DNA of 36,325 nt from a virus: the UHGV virus genome UHGV-0211079. The stretch is one strand, 5' to 3'. How positions within the stretch are numbered: the first letter of the stretch is position 1; the number at the start of each line of letters is the position of its first letter. Shown here piece by piece: positions 18,555-27,156 of the stretch. A program made the position numbers and the translations under genes. The notes under the pieces were generated by a model. It saw only the letters and a program-made list of their open reading frames with translations, was not told the origin of the DNA and did no database searches.

Positions 18555-19278
18555 AAATAATCGCTGGAATTATGGTGTCTTTTTTAATGGGCACCATTCT
18601 ACGGAATTCGGATTAGATGCACTAGACAAGAAAATCGTGGGTTTTCCAGAAAAAAAGAAAATAATTGTTCAGCCTCCCTTTTCAAATGCTGTTTTTGATT
18701 TTTCTAACGTTTATGGGGGACAACAATTTGAAGAAAGAACCTTCTCTCAAACATTCAATGTTATTGATCGTAGATCCTGGGATAAAGAAGGCACGTATAG
18801 GATGTGGACGAAAGTTGTTAATTGGTTAATGTCAGCCAACACTAAGCAACCTCTCTATGATGACATTATGAAATCATACTATTACCTAGCCGAAGTTCAA
18901 AAAGAACCGAATTTTGATGAATTTCGAGTTAGAGGAGAGCTAACAATAGAATGGACTTGCTATCCTTTTCGTATTTATGAGTTGCAAGAAGGAAACGACA
19001 TTTGGGATAGTTTTGATTTTGAGCTAGATATTGCACAGAATACCTTTTTTGAAGTTAAAGGAACAAAAAATATCGTTTTGTTCAATACAGGGACACCCTC
19101 AATAAAGCCAAGGATCAAAGCAAGTAGCGAAATGAAACTCGTAAAAAACAATACTCAACTAATCATTCCGGCAGGAACTTCCAACTCTACTCGTTTTAGT
19201 TTAGAGGCTGGGGAGAATCGATTTTCGCTGATTGGAAACGGAACGGTAGAATTTATCTGGCACAAGGAGTTGATTTAG
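18538..19278 (+). CDS. distal tail protein (Dit)
   Basis: TTG after agggggt. About 245 aa, immediately after the tape measure gene. Confidence 0.55.
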   Translation: MKQEFRNNRWNYGVFFNGHHSTEFGLDALDKKIVGFPEKKKIIVQPPFSNAVFDFSNVYGGQQFEERTFSQTFNVIDRRSWDKEGTYRMWTKVVNWLMSANTKQPLYDDIMKSYYYLAEVQKEPNFDEFRVRGELTIEWTCYPFRIYELQEGNDIWDSFDFELDIAQNTFFEVKGTKNIVLFNTGTPSIKPRIKASSEMKLVKNNTQLIIPAGTSNSTRFSLEAGENRFSLIGNGTVEFIWHKELI

Positions 19279-19279
19279 T

Positions 19280-20782
19280 TTGTATGGTGTTTATATTCAA
19301 CAAGGACCCAGTGGAGTGCAAGAAACGATTCATTCTCCGCAGACGGATGATTTAAAGTTGTTTGATCCGAAAATCGTAAAAGCTGTCGGCGCGATCGACA
19401 GCTTTTCTTTTTCTATATATCCCAATCATTCAGCGTATAACAAATTGAATTACCTCACAACATTAGTCGAAGTTTGGAACGAGATGGAAAATATCCTACT
19501 TTTTAAAGGTAGGGTATTAGAACCAACCGATTCAATGAAGGAAACTGGTGAGTTTTTTAAAGAAATTATATGTGAAGGAGAACTAGCTTATCTACATGAT
19601 AGCGTTCAAAAATGGGGCAAATGGCAAAATTTAACGCCGGCCCAGTTCTTTAAAGCTTTGATTGACGAACACAATAGTCAAGTGGAAGAGTACAAGCAAT
19701 TCACTGTTGGGCAAGTGAACGTAACAAACTCGACTGATAATGTTTACCGCTATACAGATGACGATGTGGACACATACGACACTATCCAAGATAAACTCAT
19801 AGAGCGCTTAGGTGGAGAACTGCAAGTTCGATATGAAAACGGCGTGCGGTATATCGATTATCTGGAACAAATTGGAGACAAAGGATCCCAAAAGATTGAG
19901 CTAAGTGTCAACTTACGATCTATTTCTAGAAAAGTAGATCCTACTGAAATGATAACAGTTCTAAAGCCTTTGGGAGAACGCTTAGAGCAAGAAGATGATA
20001 ATACCGATGCTTCTGATCCTCGCTTGACCATTGCCAGTGTCAACAACGGAAGTCCATATTTAAGAGACGAAGAAAAAGTCGCTCAATTTGGAGTGAGAGT
20101 AGCTGCACAAGTTTGGGATGATGTAACAGTTCCGTCAAACTTGAAATCAAAAGGCCAAAGTTTTCTTCAAAATCAAAAAACGGCGCTTGTTCAATATCAA
20201 ATTGATGCAGTTGATTTAGCACCATTAAAACTCACTATTGATAGTTTTAAATGTGGATGGTGGTACGAGACTTATAATCCTTTGATGGGAATTGACGAAG
20301 AGTTACGAGTTGTTGGACTGAGCATAAATTTAAATGATCCAACTGCTTCAACTTTGTCCATTGGAGACAAAATACTTTCTCAAGAACAGTATAATAAAAC
20401 CTTGAAACAACAGGCACAATCGGCCCAGCAGCTTAAAGGAAGTGTTAATCAGCAATCAAGAAAAATTGCAACAATTCAAAGTACATTATCAGAGACTGAA
20501 AAAAACCTATCAAAATTACAAGAAGCAGTATCTTCCTATTCCAGTGAAGTTCAAAATCAAATTACAAGTTTAATAGAAGAACTTCAGATTGTCATCAATG
20601 AAGTGCAGAACATTGCTGCTAAGATCCCTTCAACTGAAACAATTGAGGAACTTAAAAATGCTGTGCAAGGCCTTAATGTTTTTGTCGAAACACAAAAAAA
20701 TGTAAACTTAAAGCAAGCTGAGATAAATGCAGATATAGAAACACGAGTCAAAGCATTAGAAGAGAGCGGAGGTGAGGGTTAA
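19280..20782 (+). CDS. tail-associated protein / Tal (baseplate hub) with C-terminal coiled coil
   Basis: TTG start after aaggag. 500 aa in the position after Dit. C-terminal Q/E-rich coiled coil. Confidence 0.5.
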   Translation: MYGVYIQQGPSGVQETIHSPQTDDLKLFDPKIVKAVGAIDSFSFSIYPNHSAYNKLNYLTTLVEVWNEMENILLFKGRVLEPTDSMKETGEFFKEIICEGELAYLHDSVQKWGKWQNLTPAQFFKALIDEHNSQVEEYKQFTVGQVNVTNSTDNVYRYTDDDVDTYDTIQDKLIERLGGELQVRYENGVRYIDYLEQIGDKGSQKIELSVNLRSISRKVDPTEMITVLKPLGERLEQEDDNTDASDPRLTIASVNNGSPYLRDEEKVAQFGVRVAAQVWDDVTVPSNLKSKGQSFLQNQKTALVQYQIDAVDLAPLKLTIDSFKCGWWYETYNPLMGIDEELRVVGLSINLNDPTASTLSIGDKILSQEQYNKTLKQQAQSAQQLKGSVNQQSRKIATIQSTLSETEKNLSKLQEAVSSYSSEVQNQITSLIEELQIVINEVQNIAAKIPSTETIEELKNAVQGLNVFVETQKNVNLKQAEINADIETRVKALEESGGEG

Positions 20783-21039
20783 TGGCACAAGAAATTAATC
20801 GCGTGGGTAAAATCCAAAAAATTATGGAAAAGGATGTTTTGTTTAAAGAGCGGGAATTCGGAAATATTCAAGTGCTTGATGGTACATCTGTCACTATTGA
20901 AATAACTAATAAATCTGATGAAGGTATCTATGTTGAAACATTGAACATTCCGTATGAAGCTTTTCACTTAAATATCGAGAAAGCCCTTTGGGATTTAGTG
21001 GATGAAGTGAAAGAGAAAGGAGAACAGATTAATGTCTGA
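20782..21039 (+). CDS. hypothetical small baseplate-region protein
   Basis: ATG overlapping the previous stop. Confidence 0.45.
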   Translation: MAQEINRVGKIQKIMEKDVLFKEREFGNIQVLDGTSVTIEITNKSDEGIYVETLNIPYEAFHLNIEKALWDLVDEVKEKGEQINV

Positions 21040-22474
21040 TACGAATTATAGGGATCCAACTCACAATAATTTTCCAAATGATTATGATCAAACAAATGTT
21101 GACACTCGTGTATTAACAAGAACAAGAGCTGTACGAGAAAAAATGTATGGAATAGATACAAGAGAAGCTATGGCTCAAGCAGAAGAAATCAATTCTGTTG
21201 TTGCGAATGAAGCAAAGAAAGTAGCGAATGAGGTTGAACAGCGGCAAACAGATCTGGAGAATCGCTATGAGGATCAGATTGCTGGAAACACAGACATAAA
21301 CGAAGTAATTGATGCAAGACGTCCTCTAGCGACGAATCCTTATGAAACTTTAGGAGAAAGATTAAATGCAATGACTGAGCAAACCGAGGACGCCATTCGA
21401 CAGAAAAATCACGATGACGTTTTTAAGGCGCTTGAGGGCGGGATGCACCAATATCTAATTGATTTTTATGAAAATAATAGAAATGAGATTGGTAATGATG
21501 GTAGTGTGAAAATTAATCTCATAAATGATCTTCATGCTCAGAAAAGCGTTTATCCTTCGCCTTTAGTCGATCATGGTGAAAGTGCGAAGCGTGCGTTTCA
21601 ATATCTGCTGTTGCATGGTTTATTTTCTAAACATGTCGATTTTTCGATTATTAATGGCGATCAAATTCATGGTCGAGAGCCAATACAATTGTGTAAAGAC
21701 CGAAACCAATCGATTAAAAGTATTTGCAACTTATATGATTCTCCGGTTTATTATAATCTAGGCAATCACGAAGACGGCGATTGCTATAAAGTCCCTAAAA
21801 CAAGAGAAAATTTAATCACTAAACAGGAATTGCTTGATATTTATGGAATAAGTAGTTTTAATCAATCAATTATTAGTAAAGAGCAAAAGCTGAAAATCTT
21901 AATTGTAAGTGTTTATGATAACCCGGAAATTTATGTCGATGGAGTTAATATCCATCCTCGCGATCAACATTCTGTAATTACTAATCAAACTTTCGATTTT
22001 GTAAAAAAAGAATTAGAGGTTACTCCTGATGATTATTATGTTCTTGCTATTATGCATAATGTTATTTCTTCAAATGACTCTGACTATTCGGTAAATCATT
22101 ATGCATTAACTCGTTTATTTACAAACTTTAATCAATCAACTAGCGAGCATATCACGAGTAACTTGCCATACTATTCAATTGATTCTACTGTAGATTTTTC
22201 TAACCATCCAAAAAATCGGTTTATTGGAATTATTGGAGGTCACAGACATAAAGATGAGTATGATAACAGCCGTGGGTGGCATGATATCACCCGTACGTGT
22301 CAAGTATGTAGCGATCCTGCGGACCATACAGGCACACCGATTCGTGTTTTAGATACGGAAACTGAATTGATCACTGATATTGTTACTATCGATACTGAAG
22401 AAAAAAAGTTGTACATCAAACGATTTGGCTATGGTGAATCACTTGATCTATCTTTTGGAGGTATGACTGAATGA
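21032..22474 (+). CDS. baseplate/receptor-binding protein with calcineurin-like metallophosphoesterase domain
   Basis: RBS aaaggagaa. Metallophosphoesterase signature motifs in order: INGDQIHG (GD), LGNHEDG (GNHE), IIGGHRHKDE (GHxH). Sits in the tail-tip block. Confidence 0.55.
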   Translation: MSDTNYRDPTHNNFPNDYDQTNVDTRVLTRTRAVREKMYGIDTREAMAQAEEINSVVANEAKKVANEVEQRQTDLENRYEDQIAGNTDINEVIDARRPLATNPYETLGERLNAMTEQTEDAIRQKNHDDVFKALEGGMHQYLIDFYENNRNEIGNDGSVKINLINDLHAQKSVYPSPLVDHGESAKRAFQYLLLHGLFSKHVDFSIINGDQIHGREPIQLCKDRNQSIKSICNLYDSPVYYNLGNHEDGDCYKVPKTRENLITKQELLDIYGISSFNQSIISKEQKLKILIVSVYDNPEIYVDGVNIHPRDQHSVITNQTFDFVKKELEVTPDDYYVLAIMHNVISSNDSDYSVNHYALTRLFTNFNQSTSEHITSNLPYYSIDSTVDFSNHPKNRFIGIIGGHRHKDEYDNSRGWHDITRTCQVCSDPADHTGTPIRVLDTETELITDIVTIDTEEKKLYIKRFGYGESLDLSFGGMTE

Positions 22475-23265
22475 AAGATGTTTCTATAGAATTGTTATAT
22501 AATTTACTCATGAATCACATAAAGAATTCAGGAGACGAAGTCCACGAAATTGCCAGACCGGGAACTTCCGGATTTGTTCCTGGATCAGAAGCAGCTAGTT
22601 TGATACATGGGGTTCTCGGTGCAAAAGGTAGTTTGATAGGTCAAGCTCCTGATCTAAATCAGTTAAGACATGGTGGACTATATTTAATTGGAATGGATGC
22701 ATTAAATAGTCCTTGGACGGGTGGATATGTAAATGCTAATAGCAGTGTTTTTGTATTTCGGAATTTTTCAACAGCATTTGATGGTCGTGAAGATCAAATG
22801 GCCGTGATACAGATAGTAATAAGTCATAATCCCGATCCTGATATTGCATTTAGATATTCATCAAATAATGAATATCGTGAATGGAAATATCTTACTCCAT
22901 ATCTTCTTTTTACCGGAAGCGCAGGAGCAAATGGTACTAAGATAGCTCTTAAAAAAAATCTTTTTAGCTTTACTCATTTAGAAGTTGAATACAGCGGTAT
23001 AAATTCTAATTCTAGAAAAGTAGCGAAATTTCACATAATGGGAGCAACAGATGTTTATAATATTGATGTTCATAATCTTCCAAACAGCACAGATGCAGTG
23101 ATAAGAAAGCAAGAAGGAGAAATGAGGCTGAAACCTTCAGCAGATGGTATGTCATTTGATGTCTCTGAAACAACAATAAAAATAGACAGCGATGGAACAC
23201 ACTATGACGATGACACGCTCAATGTGATGCGGATTTATCGTATAAAAGGAATCAATAGTATATAA
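22471..23265 (+). CDS. tail fibre / receptor-binding head domain protein (hypothetical)
   Basis: ATGA overlap. Last gene of the tail block before a terminator. Confidence 0.45.
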   Translation: MKDVSIELLYNLLMNHIKNSGDEVHEIARPGTSGFVPGSEAASLIHGVLGAKGSLIGQAPDLNQLRHGGLYLIGMDALNSPWTGGYVNANSSVFVFRNFSTAFDGREDQMAVIQIVISHNPDPDIAFRYSSNNEYREWKYLTPYLLFTGSAGANGTKIALKKNLFSFTHLEVEYSGINSNSRKVAKFHIMGATDVYNIDVHNLPNSTDAVIRKQEGEMRLKPSADGMSFDVSETTIKIDSDGTHYDDDTLNVMRIYRIKGINSI

Positions 23266-23271
23266 GATTTT

Positions 23272-23298
23272 GAACACACTTGTTTAAGTGTGTTTTTT
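23272..23298 (+). terminator. intrinsic terminator ending the tail operon
   Basis: Perfect 9-bp hairpin aacacactt-gttt-aagtgtgtt followed by TTTTTTT. Confidence 0.7.
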
Positions 23299-23315
23299 TA
23301 TTGGGTGGTGAAAGA

Positions 23316-23558
23316 ATGCCAGAAAAAGATGACCTACTTTGGAGGGAAGTTTTACAGCGTTTGACTAGAATTGAGGAAAACACTAAACATGTTGACTTAA
23401 TAACTAGCAAAGCCAACAAAGCTCTAATCAAAGCAGAAGAAAATGAAAAAGACATTGCGGAAATTCGAGAGAATCAAAAATGGACATGGCGGACAATTGC
23501 CGGAATGGGCGTGTCCGTCATTGTTTATATGCTAACAAAATTTCTAGGAGGGCAATAA
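23316..23558 (+). CDS. XhlA-like holin-associated membrane protein
   Basis: ATG at 23316 after ggtggtga. N-terminal coiled coil and a single C-terminal TM segment. Confidence 0.5.
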   Translation: MPEKDDLLWREVLQRLTRIEENTKHVDLITSKANKALIKAEENEKDIAEIRENQKWTWRTIAGMGVSVIVYMLTKFLGGQ

Positions 23559-23560
23559 TT

Positions 23561-23821
23561 ATGAAGTTAACCACAGAACAATATAATATCGTGAAAAAAA
23601 TTCTGACCATTGGTGTACCAGGAATTTCCACACTGATTGTTACTTTAGGAGGCCTATACGGTTTTCCTACAGATGTCGCGGTAGGAACACTTACTGCACT
23701 CGCTACATTTGCAGGTGTCGTTTTACAAATTATCAGCAATAACTACGACAAAGAAAATAAAAATGATTATGGTGATGGCCAATCAGAAACAGAAAACTTA
23801 ATGAATAAAGACGAAGGGTAG
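23561..23821 (+). CDS. holin
   Basis: ATG after aggagggc. Two TM segments and a charged C-terminus, immediately upstream of the endolysin. Confidence 0.6.
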   Translation: MKLTTEQYNIVKKILTIGVPGISTLIVTLGGLYGFPTDVAVGTLTALATFAGVVLQIISNNYDKENKNDYGDGQSETENLMNKDEG

Positions 23822-23861
23822 TCGATTGACTGCTCTTTTATTTTAGAAAGGATGATATTAA

Positions 23862-24836
23862 ATGAGTATAAAATCAGTTCATGCAGGTCATGGAGGACGT
23901 AAAAATGGGAGCTCTTGGACAGATCCAGGGGCAGTTGGCTGTGGTTATAAAGAAGCAGATGTTGCTCGTACGATTACAGCTATGATGGTAAAGAAAGCTG
24001 GATTAAAAAATGTTACTGACAATGCAGGAACAACTGCAAATGCGATTGTAAATAACGTTGCGAACAATATCAATAAGTGTGCCGATGGTTGGCATATCTC
24101 CAATCATTTGAACGCTTTTAACGGATCAGCAACAGGAGTAGAAGTGTTGTACGGTTCGTCTGCCAGCAAAGCTACTGCTGCTAAACTCTCCGCAGCGATT
24201 GCAAAAGCATTAGGATTAGTGGATCGTGGTGCTAAAGATGGAACATGGTTAGGAATTGCACGTAATTCGGGAGCCGGAAAGAAAGTTCTCTTGATTGAAT
24301 GGGGATTTATTGACAACAAGAAAGACATGCAAGCACTGATGGCTAAAATGGAGAAAGCTGTTGATGCTGCATTGGCTGTATTCGGATATGTCACAAATTC
24401 ATCAAATGATAACTCAGCTGCAAATAAGCCTTCTACTTCCACAACCAGTTTCAAAGTGGGAGACAAAGTGAAGATTGTTGATGCACTTTACAAAGATAGC
24501 ACAGGAGCTGGGCGTTCGACTGCTAGTCGTGGCAAAATAGGAACAATCAAGCGTGTAGTTAGCGGAAACAAACCATATCTTATAGACAGTCTTGGATGGG
24601 CGCATAAGAACGACATTCAGCTTGTGACAACTAGTAATGCGACGCACAAAGTTGGCGATACTGTCACAGTTCAAAGTTTCGCCACGAATTACCAAACTGG
24701 TCAAAAGATTCCGAATTGGGTTAAAGGACAAAAGTACAAAATTAAGCAAGTGAAATCTGTTAACCAATCAAAATCTAAAAAGGCATACTTGCTGGACAGT
24801 GTGAACTCTTGGTTCCTTGAACAAGATGTTAAGTAA
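23862..24836 (+). CDS. endolysin: N-acetylmuramoyl-L-alanine amidase (Amidase_3 type) with two C-terminal SH3b-like cell-wall-binding repeats
   Basis: N-terminus MSIKSVHAGHGG... Repeated KVGDKVKIV... and HKVGDTVTVQ... modules. Confidence 0.85.
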   Translation: MSIKSVHAGHGGRKNGSSWTDPGAVGCGYKEADVARTITAMMVKKAGLKNVTDNAGTTANAIVNNVANNINKCADGWHISNHLNAFNGSATGVEVLYGSSASKATAAKLSAAIAKALGLVDRGAKDGTWLGIARNSGAGKKVLLIEWGFIDNKKDMQALMAKMEKAVDAALAVFGYVTNSSNDNSAANKPSTSTTSFKVGDKVKIVDALYKDSTGAGRSTASRGKIGTIKRVVSGNKPYLIDSLGWAHKNDIQLVTTSNATHKVGDTVTVQSFATNYQTGQKIPNWVKGQKYKIKQVKSVNQSKSKKAYLLDSVNSWFLEQDVK

Positions 24837-24871
24837 ATTAAGAAAACTCTTTTTCATATCCGATTAGGAGG

Positions 24872-24900
24872 TCTTTTTTTATTGAAATGCAAACTGACGT
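24872..24900 (+). promoter_or_regulatory. sigma-70 promoter for the post-lysin moron
   Basis: -35 TTGAAA (24872-77), 17-nt spacer, -10 TATAAT (24895-24900). Confidence 0.6.
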
Positions 24901-24935
24901 TTGCTATAATTGCCACATAATCCTCATACGATTAT

Positions 24936-24979
24936 ATCTGCTATAGGAAGTCTAGGAAAACGCTTGTTTTCGAGGCTTC
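24936..24979 (+). promoter_or_regulatory. leader hairpin + U-tract (possible attenuator) in the moron 5' UTR
   Basis: 8-bp stem ggaagtct/aggcttcc with an inner aaaac/gtttt hairpin, followed by TTTTGGTTT, about 45 nt before the start codon. Confidence 0.35.
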
Positions 24980-25024
24980 CTTTTGGTTTAATTTAATTAG
25001 CAGATATGATTGGGAGTGAATATT

Positions 25025-25561
25025 ATGGATTCAGTAGGAATTAACGCCGGCTATAAACCATCTTTGGTAAAATTCTATTTTCATGATGAAAATAGGAATG
25101 AAATCAATAATATTGTAAAAATAAATGTAGGTGAATCAATTGAATTATCCGTAACAGCGATATTTACAGGAATAAATAGCGAATTTTTAAACTACAGCGA
25201 ACCCAGGGATACAAGATTTATCAACCTGTGTGTCTATGAGAAAAATAGGAGCGGAAAAGGCTATAAAATAATTAAGTTTTTTTCATTTAATATTGACTAT
25301 TTTTATAGTAAACAAGATATTGTAGAAATTTCAGCACCGTTAGTAACAATAACTGAAAATACCCAACCACTTCAGGGAGAATTTGAAGGCATAGAATTTG
25401 ATAAAACGTATAATTATAGAGACACTTTTATGGCTTTAAAAATATTTTACTCTTCTGAAAAAGTTAAAAATATTGAAGAATTAGATAGGCTCTTTAATAA
25501 GGTAAGCGAAGCTGTTTTAGATACAAAGCTTCCATTTATGGTGGTGGGAGAAAGTGCCTGA
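25025..25561 (+). CDS. hypothetical moron protein A (178 aa)
   Basis: ATG at 25025 after gggagtga (the ORF track started at TTG 25010). Very AT-rich codon usage unlike the structural genes. No motif recognised. Confidence 0.5.
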   Translation: MDSVGINAGYKPSLVKFYFHDENRNEINNIVKINVGESIELSVTAIFTGINSEFLNYSEPRDTRFINLCVYEKNRSGKGYKIIKFFSFNIDYFYSKQDIVEISAPLVTITENTQPLQGEFEGIEFDKTYNYRDTFMALKIFYSSEKVKNIEELDRLFNKVSEAVLDTKLPFMVVGESA

Positions 25562-25940
25562 AAAAGCTCGTGGCCAGGTTATTAGTTTACCCCAATTTGA
25601 AGGTCTCAGTATTTCAGATGGAAGTGGCGGAGGAGATGATGGCCAAATGACAAAATACGTTACAAAGCAAGAATTCGATTTAACAGTAAAAGAATTAACT
25701 CACCAAATTGAAATGAATCAAGAAAGATTAAATTCCAAATTAGATTCAATAGGTCAAAAAATAGATACTGGTGGAGAAAAAAATTCAGAAAAAATAAGTA
25801 GCGCAAAAGAAGTGCTGTCTCAAAAAATAGACTTTTTAGATACAGATATAAAAAAAACAGATTCTAAAACAAACTGGATAATTGGTTTAATTTTAACGTC
25901 ATTTTTAATTCCAGTATTATTAAAATACTTAGGAATTTAA
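25554..25940 (+). CDS. hypothetical tail-anchored membrane protein B (128 aa)
   Basis: GTG overlapping the stop of protein A. Gly-rich N-terminus, central coiled coil, single C-terminal TM segment (NWIIGLILTSFLIPVLLKYLGI). Confidence 0.5.
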   Translation: MPEKARGQVISLPQFEGLSISDGSGGGDDGQMTKYVTKQEFDLTVKELTHQIEMNQERLNSKLDSIGQKIDTGGEKNSEKISSAKEVLSQKIDFLDTDIKKTDSKTNWIIGLILTSFLIPVLLKYLGI

Positions 25941-25945
25941 AAATA

Positions 25946-25969
25946 CCCCTTACTCGTTCGAGTAGGGGG
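25946..25969 (+). terminator. GC-rich hairpin ending the moron transcript
   Basis: 10-bp stem ccccttactc-gttc-gagtaggggg. Only a weak U-tract on plus; TATTTTT follows on the minus strand. Confidence 0.4.
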
Positions 25970-26036
25970 ATTATATTCATTTTACTTGCAGTAATTTAGT
26001 TTATGCTATAAATTAGTAGATGCGTGCAATACTTTA

Positions 26037-26100
26037 CGAAGAGTAGTTAGGCGGTGGAAACTTGGGGAAGTGCGCCTAACACTCTTCGATTTTTATTTTA
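26037..26100 (+). repeat. long stem-loop + U-tract element, copy A
   Basis: 16-bp stem with a 1-nt bulge (cgaagagtagttaggcg / cgcctaacactcttcg), 19-nt loop containing cttggggaag, followed by ATTTTTATTTTA. Confidence 0.5.
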
Positions 26101-26203
26101 TCATTATTTCATTTTAATAGATATTATTGTTTAGAATATCGTCTAAAATATTTTTATGTTTTTCAGCATATTATAATTGGGAATTCATGACACAATAGAG
26201 AAA

Positions 26204-26237
26204 CTCCTTACTCAATTAGAGTAGGGAGCCCTTTTTT
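26204..26237 (+). terminator. intrinsic terminator (possible 3' end of a small RNA)
   Basis: 10-bp stem ctccttactc-aatta-gagtagggag followed by CCCTTTTTTC. Stem sequence is related to the 25946 hairpin. TATAAT lies about 30 nt upstream at 26172-77. Confidence 0.5.
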
Positions 26238-26314
26238 CATTGCTTCAAATTCAAATCATTTGCAAAAAATAATCTTTTTTAATATGTTTATATTACAACA
26301 TGCATTTACTCTAA

Positions 26315-26388
26315 GAAGAGTGCTAGGTGATTAAGAAGATTGGGGAAGACTATCTTAACGTATGCCTAACACTCTTCGTTTTCTATTG
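26315..26388 (+). repeat. long stem-loop + U-tract element, copy B
   Basis: 13-bp stem gaagagtgctagg / cctaacactcttc with one C.A mismatch. Loop contains ttggggaag. Followed by GTTTTCTATTG. Shares the 15-nt gcctaacactcttcg with copy A. Confidence 0.45.
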
Positions 26389-26418
26389 TAACATAGTTAT
26401 GATTGAATAGATGCTTGC

Positions 26419-26432
26419 GACGAAATTTCGTC
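26419..26432. promoter_or_regulatory. perfect 14-bp palindrome GACGAAATTTCGTC (operator-like)
   Basis: Exact 7+7 inverted repeat in the intergenic region. Confidence 0.3.
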
Positions 26433-26520
26433 AATATATATTCAAGATAGGCTATTGAATTATCAATCAAAATCGATTACACTTTATTTACCTAGAACCT
26501 TTCATTTTTATTTCTGTGAA

Positions 26521-26549
26521 CCCACTCTCCCCCGAGAGTGGGTGTTTTT
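26521..26549 (+). terminator. intrinsic terminator
   Basis: 9-bp stem cccactctc-cccc-gagagtggg followed by TGTTTTTA. Confidence 0.55.
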
Positions 26550-26607
26550 AACTACCAATGTAGATCCTTATATGTAATTTTTAGTATTTTAAAAAATGAT
26601 TTACTAA

Positions 26608-26637
26608 TTGTAACTATAATAGTATTATTGGTATAAT
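26608..26637 (+). promoter_or_regulatory. sigma-70 promoter for the PanA-like/toxin operon
   Basis: -35 TTGTAA (26608-13), 18-nt spacer, -10 TATAAT (26632-37). Confidence 0.5.
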
Positions 26638-26670
26638 TTTGTTAGAATAATAATAAAAGGAGTGATAAGA

Positions 26671-27156
26671 ATGTTGAAAGCTAAAGATATTGCTGAATAT
26701 TTTTTACGAAAAGACGTTGATGGCAATTGCTTTAATTTCAATTTACGCGAAGAAAACGGACATACATTTTATGAAGGAAACGCTCGGTTAAATAAATATC
26801 TGCATATGTCGCAAAATTTATTTCTTGCTAAATACGATACACTATTATTTGAAGATAAATTAGTTGCTTATGATAACGGAGCAGTTGTTCCTTCAGTACA
26901 AAGAAATTTTTCAGTTCTTGTAGCAAAAAAAAATGAACCTTTTTTGCCGGAAAATGTTAAAGAATTTTTAGATAAAGTGTATATTTTTTTCTCGAATGCT
27001 ACTATTGATGAGCTGATTGAACTATCGCACGAGGATAATGAATGGATTGAAAAAAATAGAAACAGATTAACAGGGCAAGAAATGAATACATTATCACGAT
27101 CTGATGAGTATAAACAACAGTATTCAGATGCTTTGTTTGTAATTGATAGGATGTGA
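26671..27156 (+). CDS. Panacea-domain (DUF4065, PanA/SocA-like) putative antitoxin
   Basis: ATG at 26671 after the strong RBS aaaggagtga. N-terminus KDIAEYFLRKD, and NARLNKYLHMSQNLFLAKYDTLLFEDKLVAYDNGAVVPSV matches the Panacea pattern L.K.L...Q....LF.E...A...G.VVP.V as recalled. Confidence 0.65.
   Translation: MLKAKDIAEYFLRKDVDGNCFNFNLREENGHTFYEGNARLNKYLHMSQNLFLAKYDTLLFEDKLVAYDNGAVVPSVQRNFSVLVAKKNEPFLPENVKEFLDKVYIFFSNATIDELIELSHEDNEWIEKNRNRLTGQEMNTLSRSDEYKQQYSDALFVIDRM

Noticed and set aside
26073-26377. 15-bp direct repeats considered as a CRISPR-like array
   Set aside because: Only two copies, 290 bp apart, each part of a hairpin with a U-tract. No repeat-spacer periodicity.
25941-26661. 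Fst/par-type type I toxin with small RNAs
   Set aside because: Scanned both strands for small hydrophobic ORFs after ATG. The longest are 10-15 aa with non-Fst-like sequences.
25941-26670. Type III toxin-antitoxin (ToxIN/AbiQ-like) RNA repeats upstream of the 26671 gene
   Set aside because: Repeats are not tandem short units. The downstream protein matches the Panacea pattern rather than a ToxN endoribonuclease. Retron was also rejected because no reverse transcriptase gene is present.
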